Assembly: GCA_964448115.1 (NCBI GenBank)
Contig: CAYUVA010000009.1
Location: forward strand, 1 to 64,000
Length of the DNA: 64,000 bases
Origin: an uncultured bacterium
GTDB taxonomy: Bacteria > CAYUVA01
Direction of reading: 5' to 3'
Within the stretch, counting starts at the first letter, position 1. Each line of letters starts with the position of its first letter. A model generated the notes under the pieces. It saw nothing but the letters and a program-made list of their open reading frames with translations, made no database searches and had not been told where the DNA came from. Below are positions 10,101-19,467 of the stretch, in pieces. A program made the translations under genes and the position numbers.

Positions 10101-11506
10101 TTTACGACAACTACGCGTACCGCTTCTGGACATCGGAGCTAGGTAGCGGTGTTAGAACCAGCATCATACTTTACGACAGCGAGGCTTCTGGAGTGCTAGG
10201 CACCGCCAACCCGGATCCGGTCACCGGTGCCGCGTCCATCTCGTGGGTATATGACACATCAGGGGTTTATTACTTCCTGGTTCAGCCCTCGCAGAGCGCC
10301 TGGGGATACGGCGCGGATTACAACATGCAGGTTCTGGAGATGACCTTCACCCCTACCGGCACGCCGACGGTTACGCAGACGCCCACGGCGACTCCACCCC
10401 CGCCGGGAGCACCTTTGCTCGATCCAGAGCCACCCTATACTGCCGGAGCCAGCAACCGTATCTCGTGGATCCAGGGCGATCCGCCTTATGGAATCGAGTT
10501 TTACGCGCAACGGGCTATAGATCCTATGTTTAACGAGGATGTGGCTGCCAGTGGCTGGATCCCGCAGATGAACTTCACCTTTACTGACCTGCAACATGCG
10601 CAGCTTTACTATTACCGAAGCAAAGCGCGAGATGCAGACGGGAAGCAATCCCCGTGGAGCAATATCGAGTACTCCACGCAGGATTCCATTGCTCCGATAT
10701 GTCAGCTAGATCAGCCATCGCCGGGATTCATTTACGACTTCCAGTATGTCTTCAACGCAGAGGTTATCGAGGATACCAGCGGCATCGACCGCATAGAGCT
10801 TTATTACATGTACAACTATCTACCCCCCTGGCAGTTGTACATGCGATATTACTACGGCTCTCGCATCCCGTTCAATTGCCTGGAGGCTGATGGTTACGGG
10901 CTTTACGAGTTCTACACCGTCGCTTACGATAATGCGGGGAATCGAGAGGCTCAGCAGGCAACGCCAGAGTCCTTAGTAGTATTCAAGCTGACTCCCACGC
11001 CGACAGCTACACCCAGCGACACCCCGCTGACCACAGCGACACCGACCAGCACGCCAACCCCGACCTTCACTGCCACCAGCCCCTATACATCAACCCCGAC
11101 TGGCACCGGGACTCCCAGCGCAGCGCCATCCAACACGCCGACTAGAACTCCGACCAACACCGGCACGCCGTTGCCTAACCTGCGACCCGCTATTATGCTC
11201 GGTGGCTACTTCGACACCCGGCTAAATGCTGCAAGTGGCGGGATATTCAGGATGCTCGCCTTTGTGATCGACAATGATGATCCCATACGATCGGTGGAGA
11301 TTTACTACTCAGGTGTAGGCACCGGGATCTACCTGTTCGATGATGGATCTCACGATGACTTTGGGGCAGGGGATGGTATCTACGGCTTCCCGGTCAGCGG
11401 CATCGGCGGCGGACTGGTGCCTAGCAAACACCTGCTTACCCTTATAGCAACTGATGATCGTGAACTTCAGAGCCTTCGCTGGCCCTACCTCGAAGCAGGG
11501 GAATAA
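7160..11506 (+). CDS. Large secreted modular protein: Cys-rich N-domain, Ig/FN3 repeats, Thr-Pro linkers, C-terminal choice-of-anchor-X-like domain
   Basis: Signal peptide (FSSAFA). FN3 motifs LSWYDNSSNE and FRWNDNSAYE. TPT linkers. C-terminal LFDDGSHDDFGAGDGIYG. A 10-N gap at 9598-9607 means the frame across it is assumed. Confidence 0.8.
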   Translation: MGRFAIMRRGDPLSGILLLLLFSSAFASNVERQREFIERIGYYWVQVPGYEMELMVIPGNNDWALEYLKDPLNHPFGQRIKAWEKTHGHYGYPFWMTRLAREILGLPDYPELEDIPTTECSGEIVFPPKGGWLCNAVEQGAKGSKGDDVLYIKIYNYDAQSGCPNCGDFLNTADIRLAAYYKNGSSWACLGMTNYCNECCYGQSDLPKTFSVTLGSHSTLYDVKIGAIDYDSANDDDLWCENNHYNIGSPGISRGWRNLDGDLSTDCGSGTGTCRDSPKMKADYEVWYGDNGIDDPSWSSTPNASTWYKSFNFSWILPSDRSGIQKSELHFSSNTIFSSADEKIYTLYGSDNMQSVGGGQGLADRDGWYYAVIVYDNAGNPSDYNDNGLAVFRFDATNPYHSDSSNLLVSDEATSDASAYDWGGSDAKINMSAANDATSGRAYYQYDRDNDPSDQSQQTNWSNNITVSIPGWMNSDGYHTVYVRIVDNAGNDIVVSDTLYCDVKDPTIDKPQFSAPTDTSELSFTSNPYDSGSGVDNVRCQITEDGITIYDDWVGSDGDVTIYDGEHNKTYRAYMYARDESGRTGSGQWSDPVTLDWNPASPSGLSVNYTAGGVGLSWYDNSSNETDFRVEKGENGTTWSEIGSPTSPSYNYSWLSGDTNKRFNFRVRAHRYYQSGHYYSAYNTNSNWYYAPPAAPSQLEANNVTNTSINFRWNDNSAYETGFKVVLSGVGTRTADPDTEYYSWTSLTPNTNYTSTIYAYINASGGYPGDSEPSNTRMTCTLASIPAAPTVSSYPQDMHRLNVKVNHGTGNPXXXXYVIKVTYAGKVTKYVDASGNLVDSMVWRTRGDWGGSSGIDVVGLQPGTQYCFSCFARNLNSVITEEGGIACGTTSAPTSTPTRTPSDTPTLTPTDTPTTTPTVTQTPTRTPSRTPTNTPCYVDDPLEATPGNDTPFDAPFIAPNGIPVQELFCTSTDPDWHRVYVYDNYAYRFWTSELGSGVRTSIILYDSEASGVLGTANPDPVTGAASISWVYDTSGVYYFLVQPSQSAWGYGADYNMQVLEMTFTPTGTPTVTQTPTATPPPPGAPLLDPEPPYTAGASNRISWIQGDPPYGIEFYAQRAIDPMFNEDVAASGWIPQMNFTFTDLQHAQLYYYRSKARDADGKQSPWSNIEYSTQDSIAPICQLDQPSPGFIYDFQYVFNAEVIEDTSGIDRIELYYMYNYLPPWQLYMRYYYGSRIPFNCLEADGYGLYEFYTVAYDNAGNREAQQATPESLVVFKLTPTPTATPSDTPLTTATPTSTPTPTFTATSPYTSTPTGTGTPSAAPSNTPTRTPTNTGTPLPNLRPAIMLGGYFDTRLNAASGGIFRMLAFVIDNDDPIRSVEIYYSGVGTGIYLFDDGSHDDFGAGDGIYGFPVSGIGGGLVPSKHLLTLIATDDRELQSLRWPYLEAGE

Positions 11507-11553
11507 GCCCGAGATATATATTGTTAGCTCATGGCGAGCTGAAATAGCAGATA

Positions 11554-13257
11554 GTGGGTAGAAAACCGAAGAAAATCAGATCCCCCTGGCAAGCTAACTT
11601 TAGGGCATATTTTAAGCGACTTCGCGTCCATGGGATAATCACAGGTATATTAGCCATTTACATTATCATGAGTTCATGTCAGGTTAGTCTCCCCGGCTTC
11701 TACTATGATGAGGCTCGTTTGGTGAATCATGCACTATCCTACCTCGATAATATTAAATATACCGGCATAAAGGGCTATAAGTTCATCGGTGGGCGAATTT
11801 ACCCGACCATGTTGCGCAAGTACTGTGGTTCGCTCAAGGCATACCTGATAGCTCCCCTGATAAAAATAGCTGGCAGAAGTTTGTATGTATATCGAGGTAG
11901 CGCGATCCTTTTCACCGTGATTGGATTGGTATTCATGTTTCTTGCCTTGAAACACTGGTTGGGGATATTACCGGCAAGCCTCGCAATGTTGCTATTGGTC
12001 CTGGATCCCAGCTTCATTTACTTCTCTAGCAGGGATTTTGGACCATCTGCACTAATGTTCATGTTCAAGGGATTGTTGTTTTTTTTCATTGTACTTTGGA
12101 GCAATTCTTTTCATTTAATAAGCCTAAAAAGTTATAAACCGACCCGAATCACACTTATTTATTCCCTGGTAATTGGATTGATCGCCGGGCTGGGGTTCTA
12201 TAACAAGGCAAACTTCTTATGGTTAATGATAGCTATAGCTGTAGCTGCAATCTTGTTCTACAGGAAAGAGCTTTTGTCCAAGCTGAAACCCGTACCATTG
12301 CTTTTATTCATTATTGCCTTTCTTCTTAGTGGCTGGCAGATGATTCAGTTCAATCTTTTTATTGCTCCAGAGAACATGGTTCAGGAAGCGATTGAACGCT
12401 CGGTTTCTAAGGGCTTATTTCAAAACCTTGTTTCCAGGATCAAGCAGTTCGAGCAGACCATATCAGGCACAATTTCCGGGAAGCTTTTCTTTGGAGAGCA
12501 ATGGACTCACAGAAACATCGTCATGGTCATGTTTTTCACTGTTTTTTCAATCGCTGCCTTGGTATATAAATACATTTACAGGCAAAATAGCGAACAGAGC
12601 ACGCAGATATCGATCTCAATAACAGTGATAGCAATAGTTATCCTGCTATCCATACTTACACCCACCGATCTTAGCCCACAGCATCAGCTTATCCATTATC
12701 CATTTCCCCACCTAGTAGTAGCAGTTGGTATCTCCTTTTTTTTGAAGCTGAATGTAAAGTCATTGAAAAATCATGGCGCCCCGGTTGCGGTATTGCTTAT
12801 GGCTATAATCTTCAACAGCATATATCTAAATGCAAATTACATCGGTGAACTTGAGAGAACAGGCGGCAGGGGGAATTGGAGCGATGCAATATACGACCTT
12901 ACCGACTGGCTCTTGTTAAACAATCTTGCTGCCGTATGCGTTGATTGGGGTTTTGAGGAGTCCTTGATCGCGCTAGGTGGCGGAAGGATCAAGACAGCGG
13001 AGATCTCGTATAATCCATCAAAGAGAAAGCTGCTGTTTTTTGCAAAAAGATCGAGCAACTTCGTATTTGTCTGTCATTCAAAGGGAAAAAGAAACTTCGA
13101 GGATAATGTGGAGCTGTTCTTTAAGAACGCAAGGGAACTGAACATGCCCCTGGCGCCGGTAAGGGTGTTCGCAGAACGGGATAAAACGCCGGTTATCTCG
13201 GTGTATCGACTTGTCAGGAGCTATTCCAAGAGCCGTAGCAGCTCAGCCATGAAATAG
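11554..13257 (+). CDS. GT-C (ArnT/PMT-like) membrane glycosyltransferase
   Basis: Multiple TM helices; PGFYYDEA acidic motif after the first TM; AT-rich. Confidence 0.75.
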   Translation: MGRKPKKIRSPWQANFRAYFKRLRVHGIITGILAIYIIMSSCQVSLPGFYYDEARLVNHALSYLDNIKYTGIKGYKFIGGRIYPTMLRKYCGSLKAYLIAPLIKIAGRSLYVYRGSAILFTVIGLVFMFLALKHWLGILPASLAMLLLVLDPSFIYFSSRDFGPSALMFMFKGLLFFFIVLWSNSFHLISLKSYKPTRITLIYSLVIGLIAGLGFYNKANFLWLMIAIAVAAILFYRKELLSKLKPVPLLLFIIAFLLSGWQMIQFNLFIAPENMVQEAIERSVSKGLFQNLVSRIKQFEQTISGTISGKLFFGEQWTHRNIVMVMFFTVFSIAALVYKYIYRQNSEQSTQISISITVIAIVILLSILTPTDLSPQHQLIHYPFPHLVVAVGISFFLKLNVKSLKNHGAPVAVLLMAIIFNSIYLNANYIGELERTGGRGNWSDAIYDLTDWLLLNNLAAVCVDWGFEESLIALGGGRIKTAEISYNPSKRKLLFFAKRSSNFVFVCHSKGKRNFEDNVELFFKNARELNMPLAPVRVFAERDKTPVISVYRLVRSYSKSRSSSAMK

Positions 13258-13721
13258 GGCAGATCATGCGGGTGTCGCGAGGTAACCAGGTTGCCATCCA
13301 CGATGACCGGCTTGTCCTGGTATTCTGCGCCAGCAAAGCTCAGGTCATCTCGCATCCCCTTGTAGCAGGTTGCCTTTCGTCCCTTTAGTCGATCGGCTGA
13401 TATGAGCACCTGTGCGCCGTGGCATATAGCGCCGACCGGCTTGCCTTTGTCCATGAAGTCCCTGGCGATGCGCAGGGCATCGACATCCAGCCTGATCTTC
13501 TCCGGAGCCTTACCACCAGGCAAAATCAGCAGGTCATAGTTGCCTGGCTCTACCCTTGAGAACTCACTGGTTGCCTTTATGGAGTACCCGGTTTTCCCTT
13601 TGATCATATTCTCCTTGAAAGAGGCTATATCGACCTCGAAGCCAGCCTCCTTGAGGCGAAAGTAGGGATAGAAGACCTCAAGATCCTCGAAATCATCCGC
13701 TGCAATTATAAGTGCTTTCAT
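13221..13721 (-). CDS. PfpI/DJ-1 family type 1 glutamine amidotransferase-like protein
   Basis: FEDLE, ILPGG, AICHG nucleophile elbow, DGNLVTSR. Confidence 0.93.
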   Translation of the reverse strand: MKALIIAADDFEDLEVFYPYFRLKEAGFEVDIASFKENMIKGKTGYSIKATSEFSRVEPGNYDLLILPGGKAPEKIRLDVDALRIARDFMDKGKPVGAICHGAQVLISADRLKGRKATCYKGMRDDLSFAGAEYQDKPVIVDGNLVTSRHPHDLPYFMAELLRLLE

Positions 13722-13883
13722 AGACTTACCCTCCTTTGGTTTATGATTATGTTAGCAATAGCAGTATATCTCAAGAGTATCCCAAGATCCATCACCATGG
13801 ATAAAGCAAATAAGCAGGAACCTGGAAAGGGTAAAGAATATAGACAGAGCACTTAGCCTGTTTACGCTGAAGGATATCCGCCT

Positions 13884-13966
13884 CCCCTCTTATCCTCCCA
13901 AACTTGGGGGGGATATAGGGGGTATTCCTCGACTCGCTCGCTTACGCTCGCTCGCTCGGAATGACA
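13884..13966. repeat. Two adjacent REP-like palindromic elements
   Basis: CCCCTCTTATCCTCCCAAACTTGGGGGGGATATAGGGGG hairpin followed by ATTCCTCGACTCGCTCGCTTACGCTCGCTCGCTCGGAATGACA. Confidence 0.55.
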
Positions 13967-14122
13967 GGTTATGGGACTTCTTTGACATTTTGAGACAGAC
14001 TCCATCTGGAGAGGGAATGATCCCGGGTTCTGTTTTGGGATAACTTTGACCGAGCTAGTTCTTTTTAATATAGTGGCTATCTGTAATCGAAAATATGACC
14101 TAGCGGAGGTGCGCTCGTTAAA

Positions 14123-14734
14123 GTGGAAGATCTTGAACATCTAAAACAAGAATTGGCAAGCTACTGTCAACTAGCATATCATCGCCTCTACACCTGTGGC
14201 ACTGGCGGAAACATAAGCGTTAGAATCTCAGACACGGATACAGCCCTGATCAGCCCGAGTGGCTATTCGCTGCGTGATGTCTGCCGTGAAAATATTATTA
14301 CCATGAACCTTCGCGGCGAGAAGATCGATGGACCATCAGGAATGAAGCCTAGCAAGGAAGGGCGGATGCACGGGGCTATTTACGCATCTCGCCCGGATGT
14401 GAAGGCAGTTTGTCATCTTCATCCGCCTTATTCGATAGCTTGGTCTGCGCGCCACCAGGCTATTCCTTTAGTTACAGTATCTGCTGAAGCCAAGCTAGGC
14501 GTTACCTCGATAATCCCCAAAGCTCGTCCAGGTTCGGATGAGCTTTTGCAGTATGTAGCCGAGGAGATCAACCGGATGCCAGAGAAGGATCATACTATGC
14601 TGCTTGTAAACCACGGCATTATCAGCTTCGGGGAATCTCTGGCAGATGCCTTCAACAAGGCAGATCTAGCCGAGGAGACAGCAAAAATAGCCTTTATGAT
14701 GATCAATCTCGGCGTAAAGGACTACAATTTCTAA
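14123..14734 (+). CDS. Class II aldolase/adducin family protein
   Basis: GTGGNISVR, PSKE..MH, HLH and NHG metal ligands. Confidence 0.9.
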   Translation: MEDLEHLKQELASYCQLAYHRLYTCGTGGNISVRISDTDTALISPSGYSLRDVCRENIITMNLRGEKIDGPSGMKPSKEGRMHGAIYASRPDVKAVCHLHPPYSIAWSARHQAIPLVTVSAEAKLGVTSIIPKARPGSDELLQYVAEEINRMPEKDHTMLLVNHGIISFGESLADAFNKADLAEETAKIAFMMINLGVKDYNF

Positions 14735-14739
14735 AAAGA

Positions 14740-14768
14740 TTGACATTATAAGCTAAAGCTATTATGCT
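14740..14768 (+). promoter_or_regulatory. Putative sigma70 promoter
   Basis: TTGACA-N17-TATGCT upstream of ORF 14815. Confidence 0.55.
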
Positions 14769-14814
14769 CAGACCCAGGTAATTTCATGCCAATCAAAAAA
14801 GGGGTGTACGAACC

Positions 14815-16413
14815 ATGAGGGGAAAAGGAACTCTCACAGTAATTCTACCTGTATGTGCTTTGGTCGTTCTTGCGGGGACGACATTTGGAGCCTGGAATCA
14901 AGATCCATCTGTAAATGTAGTCGTCTCAAACGGTGCACTAAAGCAGATGGTGCCAAAGGCTATCTCCGATGGTGCTGGTGGCGCTTATGTGATCTGGCAC
15001 GATACCAGGGGAAGCGTGGATCGACTCTACGCCGGGCATCTTTTGGCATCTGGCGCCCAGGATATCTCCGGCAATTGGTACCTGGACGGCATCTCCATTT
15101 CGACCACAGATCTGATGGGAAGTTATGTGATCTTAAGCGATGGTGGATCAGGCTCGATAGTTATCTGGTGCGTTGCGCCGGGTAACATAGCAGCACATCA
15201 TCTTCTAAGTGACGGTTCAATCGATACCACTGGTGGCTGGAGCACAGGCGGGGTCGCAGTCTGCAATGCACTCAACCTTCAGGACAACATGGATGCAATT
15301 CCTGATGGCAGTGGGGGAGCTTATATCGTCTGGGAAGACAATCGCGGCTCAGACACGGATATTTATATCCATCATCTGTTAAGCAGTGGTTACATGGACT
15401 CCACTGGAAGTTGGACTGCCGATGGCGTTGCCGTATGTACTTATACCAGGGATCAGGTTGATCCCAGGATAGCCTTGGGGGACTTAAATGGGATCTTCGT
15501 TGCCTGGACAGACTATCGCTCGGCAGCAGAGGCGAACCGACCGGATGTATATGTACAAAGGGTCAGCGAGGATGGTCAAGTCGGTGGCAGTGGCTGGGCG
15601 GTAAATGGAGTCGGTGTTACAACCGATGAAGCAAACGAGCAGACTCTAGCCGCAATTATCGCCGACGATGACAACGGAGCTTATATCATCTGGGAGGACA
15701 AAAGAAATCACCTTCCACCAACACAGTTATACTTCACCGATATCTATGCAAGCAGAATAAAAAGCAACGGCAGCTTCTATAACACAGGCTCATGGACCGA
15801 AAACGGCACCGGCTTGGTGGTCGGAACTCCCGACTCTTATAGCCCGGTTGCGATTCCAGATGATAACAATAATGTAATAATTGCCTATATAAGCACCATC
15901 GGTATAGACACTTATCATTTATATGCAGTGAAACTACTGCCTGATGGTTCACTTGATGATAGCGAAAGTTGGCTACCGGGAGGCGTTCTTCTTTCGACCT
16001 CGGAGGCACAAAAGGATAATCCGGTCATAATATCCGATGGCGAGAATGGAGCGATAGTCGCCTGGGAAGACTACAGAAACGGGGCTGATCCTGATGTCTA
16101 TGCCCAAAGGATTACTAGTCAGGGGGTCGCTGGTGGCTGGAGCTGGTGGCTAGCTGGCAAGGCGATGTCAACCGCGAATGGCTCACAGAGCAACATCTCC
16201 GCTGTTACCGACGGAGACAGCGGTGTCATAGTAATCTTCCAGGATGACAGAAACGGCAAAGGCTCCTTTGATGATATTTACGCACAGAAGGCAAACCAGG
16301 TAGGCTGGCTGGATCCCAATTTGCCATCGATGAGCACCTGGGCGGTCATTTTCTGTATCCTTTTGATCTCGCTGTTATTTACGCTCTCTTACCGCAGCCG
16401 ACAGAAGGCATAA
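14815..16413 (+). CDS. Secreted repeat protein with IPTL-CTERM-like sorting signal
   Basis: Signal peptide. About eight repeats of DG.GGA.I.W.D.R...D.Y.Q. C-terminus LPSMSTW + TM helix + RSRQK. Confidence 0.8.
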   Translation: MRGKGTLTVILPVCALVVLAGTTFGAWNQDPSVNVVVSNGALKQMVPKAISDGAGGAYVIWHDTRGSVDRLYAGHLLASGAQDISGNWYLDGISISTTDLMGSYVILSDGGSGSIVIWCVAPGNIAAHHLLSDGSIDTTGGWSTGGVAVCNALNLQDNMDAIPDGSGGAYIVWEDNRGSDTDIYIHHLLSSGYMDSTGSWTADGVAVCTYTRDQVDPRIALGDLNGIFVAWTDYRSAAEANRPDVYVQRVSEDGQVGGSGWAVNGVGVTTDEANEQTLAAIIADDDNGAYIIWEDKRNHLPPTQLYFTDIYASRIKSNGSFYNTGSWTENGTGLVVGTPDSYSPVAIPDDNNNVIIAYISTIGIDTYHLYAVKLLPDGSLDDSESWLPGGVLLSTSEAQKDNPVIISDGENGAIVAWEDYRNGADPDVYAQRITSQGVAGGWSWWLAGKAMSTANGSQSNISAVTDGDSGVIVIFQDDRNGKGSFDDIYAQKANQVGWLDPNLPSMSTWAVIFCILLISLLFTLSYRSRQKA

Positions 16414-16572
16414 GACACAAGCCCAATTATTTCCCAGGTTGCTTTTTTGGCTTAATACGGTATCACGGCAACAAGGCATGAGATGGGGCAGTGTTGGTCG
16501 CCGCTGCTTTGCCTTTACTTTTTTGCTTGCATTTTATTCCCCTTTGGGTAAATTATATCCTCGTTTGAGCAA

Positions 16573-16662
16573 GCATCTGGGAGTGGTTTGCACAGTATTA
16601 GGGGCAGCCTGAGATAACATCCCTGGAACCTGATCCGGATAATGCCGGCGAAGGAAAGATGC
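16573..16662 (+). promoter_or_regulatory. TPP riboswitch (THI element)
   Basis: P1 GCATCT/AGATGC, CTGAGA, and GAACCTGATCCGGATAATGCCGGCGAAGGA core, directly upstream of thiM. Confidence 0.93.
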
Positions 16663-16748
16663 AAAGCGACTCTCGTGCAGGTACCCCTTAAAACAAGACA
16701 ATCCCAGACGGCTTCTGATGAAGAACCATTAGCTTTATGGGAGGTATC

Positions 16749-17558
16749 ATGACTGAATGGGATACATTCACAGGTCAAAGCCTGGCGGCTATTCGAGCAG
16801 AGAAGCCCCTTATCCACAACATCACCAACTTCGTGGTGATGAACAGCACGGCAAACACGATCCTTGCAGTCGGTGCTTCGCCGGTGATGGCGCATGCTAT
16901 CGATGAGGTCGAGGAGATGGTCTGTTATGCAAAGGCGCTGGTGCTTAACATCGGAACTTTGGACCATGATTGGATCGCGGCAATGATAAAAGCGGGGAAA
17001 AAAGCGAACCAGTTATCGATCCCGGTAATTCTTGACCCGGTTGGTGCTGGTGCTACGGGGCTGCGCACAAGGGCTGCCACCAGCATAATCGAAGAGGTAA
17101 AGATCAGTGTGTTACGGGGCAATGCCTCGGAGGTAAAAGCGGTAGCTGGAAGCTCGACTAACATCCGCGGCGTTGACAGCCTGGAAGACTCGGCTGCGGT
17201 AGTCGAGCTTGCTGGCGACCTGGCAACCGACCTCAGGGCGGTGGTAGCGATCACCGGCGCGGTCGATTACATAACCGATGGAAACGAGATATACTCCTGT
17301 CATAACGGGCATGAGATGTTCTCCAGGGTTACAGGCACTGGCTGTGCAGCGACCACCGTTATCGGCTGCTTCTGTGCGATCAATAGCGATCTTTTAAAGG
17401 CTTCTGTTTCAAGCCTGGCTTACTTTGGGCTTGCTGGCGAGATGGCTGCTGAAAAATCTAAAGGTCCAGGTTCATTTCAGGTAGCGCTTTATGATTCATT
17501 AGCGAACCTGGATGTTGAAAAATTAAAAGGAAGGTTAAAGATAAAATCAATGCGCTAA
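16749..17558 (+). CDS. thiM: Hydroxyethylthiazole kinase
   Basis: PLIHNITNFV, GASPVMA, LNIGTL, LDPVGAGA, RGNASE, VTGTGC. GGAGG precedes ATG 16749. Confidence 0.96.
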   Translation: MTEWDTFTGQSLAAIRAEKPLIHNITNFVVMNSTANTILAVGASPVMAHAIDEVEEMVCYAKALVLNIGTLDHDWIAAMIKAGKKANQLSIPVILDPVGAGATGLRTRAATSIIEEVKISVLRGNASEVKAVAGSSTNIRGVDSLEDSAAVVELAGDLATDLRAVVAITGAVDYITDGNEIYSCHNGHEMFSRVTGTGCAATTVIGCFCAINSDLLKASVSSLAYFGLAGEMAAEKSKGPGSFQVALYDSLANLDVEKLKGRLKIKSMR

Positions 17559-17591
17559 CAGGTACACACTTTTTATCAACATCTTTTTTTT

Positions 17592-19124
17592 TCATGTTAT
17601 GGTTACCCAGAATTGCCTGATGCAAAGGATATAACCCGCCTGGAGCAGAATTAGCATCACCAGAGACCATCGCTTTTGAGCGAGCACCTCGAATCGCTCG
17701 CCCAGGGATAATAATATCAGAGGCATCATGAAAAACCAGATCCTGCCGGTCTCGCCGCGCACGCTACCACTCAGCGTCATCGCTATCAACGACAATAGCG
17801 TAATCCAAAAGAACAGATTCAACGACTCCACAAGACTATAACGCAGCTTAGAAATCTCATCCTTTAGCTGCGATAGATACAGCAAGCTCAGCGGTAACCC
17901 GGCTAGCACAAAGAAATCATAGAGATTATACGGCACCCAGAGCCAGTAACTGCGATTAAGCGTAAAGCGATCGAGGTGTATGCGATGAGCTACCCTGAAA
18001 ACCTCGATCAGATCCAAGCCGGTCGCGGTTTGCACAAGCAGGTAAACACCTGCAAATCCCAAGCAAAATAATGCAGCAAAGGAGATGAAAAATCGCGCAT
18101 AGGCTATTTTTTCGGCTCTGTTTACATCCTTTATTGCCCTCAGATAAGCTTGCCCCGAGTAAAGTGCCATAGGTAGCAGAAAATAAAGCATCCCGAAGCT
18201 GAAAAAAAGGCTGGTGTAAAATATAATTCCAGCAATCGGCGCGAAGACAAGCCTCCTCTTATTTAATCCCCGGCAATACAACCAAAATGAGGTGTAAAGA
18301 AACAGCGGATAAACATGATCCATGTCCGGGGTAATAAGCGACCTGGTTCCCAGGAGAATATATCCGATGGCCACGATATTAGAAGCTCTGGCGCTGAAGT
18401 GGAGCCTGGAAACCAGATATACCGGTATGGCCGCCAGGCAGCCTAGAAGCATGGTCAAATATCCGCCGCCTAAAGCAGCGCTCAGATGGTATGAGCGAAG
18501 CGGCGGTGTGGCGCTCAGGCGCTCGGCAGGGACATCGTTGCGGCGCATCCAGGATATGACAGCGTGATTGAGCTTTGGATGATGATTGAAGAACTGGATG
18601 ATCGCATAGTAGTAAAGCACCCCGCCTGGGGGATGCGTCTGGGTATGTAAAGCCATCTTGGGCATAAGATTATGATATTCGGCTAAGACCTTGGATGCAT
18701 GGTGAATACGCCTGGCAACCTCGAAGTAGCTGGTGAATGTATGGCTGACCACGCGCTGAACCATGATAATGTGCATGTTTTCGCGATATGGATACAGGTG
18801 GTCGTAGTCCATCATGAATACTCCGAGAGAGAACAAACATCCGCATACAATCAGGCTCATCAGCCCAAGAAGCTCCCTTAGCATGCCGGCTCGACTAAGG
18901 TAACGGGTAAAGATGAGGCTAATGAGAACAAGCGCTATGGTTGCGATCACAAAGAGTAGCCCCTTGCCTATCGTATCTCGATATAGATACCACCAGCGCC
19001 ATTCGGGCGGCCACTCAGCCGGACCGCGCAGGTAGGGGCTAAGGTCCAAAACAACCGCCAGGCAAAATAAGGCGGTAACACCTGAGATCAGGATCAAACG
19101 CTTATCGAGTCTTTTTCGCTCCAC
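17592..19124 (-). CDS. Polytopic membrane protein, GT-C-like glycosyltransferase
   Basis: Many TM segments; THPPG and ETGRIWFF motifs. Confidence 0.65.
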   Translation of the reverse strand: MERKRLDKRLILISGVTALFCLAVVLDLSPYLRGPAEWPPEWRWWYLYRDTIGKGLLFVIATIALVLISLIFTRYLSRAGMLRELLGLMSLIVCGCLFSLGVFMMDYDHLYPYRENMHIIMVQRVVSHTFTSYFEVARRIHHASKVLAEYHNLMPKMALHTQTHPPGGVLYYYAIIQFFNHHPKLNHAVISWMRRNDVPAERLSATPPLRSYHLSAALGGGYLTMLLGCLAAIPVYLVSRLHFSARASNIVAIGYILLGTRSLITPDMDHVYPLFLYTSFWLYCRGLNKRRLVFAPIAGIIFYTSLFFSFGMLYFLLPMALYSGQAYLRAIKDVNRAEKIAYARFFISFAALFCLGFAGVYLLVQTATGLDLIEVFRVAHRIHLDRFTLNRSYWLWVPYNLYDFFVLAGLPLSLLYLSQLKDEISKLRYSLVESLNLFFWITLLSLIAMTLSGSVRGETGRIWFFMMPLILLSLGERFEVLAQKRWSLVMLILLQAGYILCIRQFWVTIT

Positions 19125-19467
19125 AGGGTTATGATATAATGATCATGAAGTGAAATGCCAATAATATACCTCTTTATTTTTTTAAACTGTCAATTGGAAT
19201 GACCGGTAAAAAACTTTGTATAGTAAAGTTATCTGTTTTTTTTTAACTTGATTTTAATAATAACAGTATTGTAGTATGAGAACTAGGCATGATGTTCTTT
19301 GTTGTATGGGAGATGATATAGACAAAAACATTCCTAGGGACAGGGTTCTTTCACCAGTCTGGTGTACATTTTCCTTGGGGATTCTGTACTTTATCATTTC
19401 CCTAAAGAAAATCAGGAAGTTATCCGATAGACTAATCGGAGTAATGACCTTAACCAAGGAGAAAACT

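Noticed and set aside
9825-11170. Repetitive DNA as a CRISPR array or VNTR
   Set aside because: These are coding Thr-Pro linkers with synonymous variation. I saw no repeat-spacer array or cas gene anywhere in the window.
13730-13760. dif-like TTATGTTA sequence
   Set aside because: Incomplete XerD arm, no XerC arm, and it lies in the pfpI leader region.
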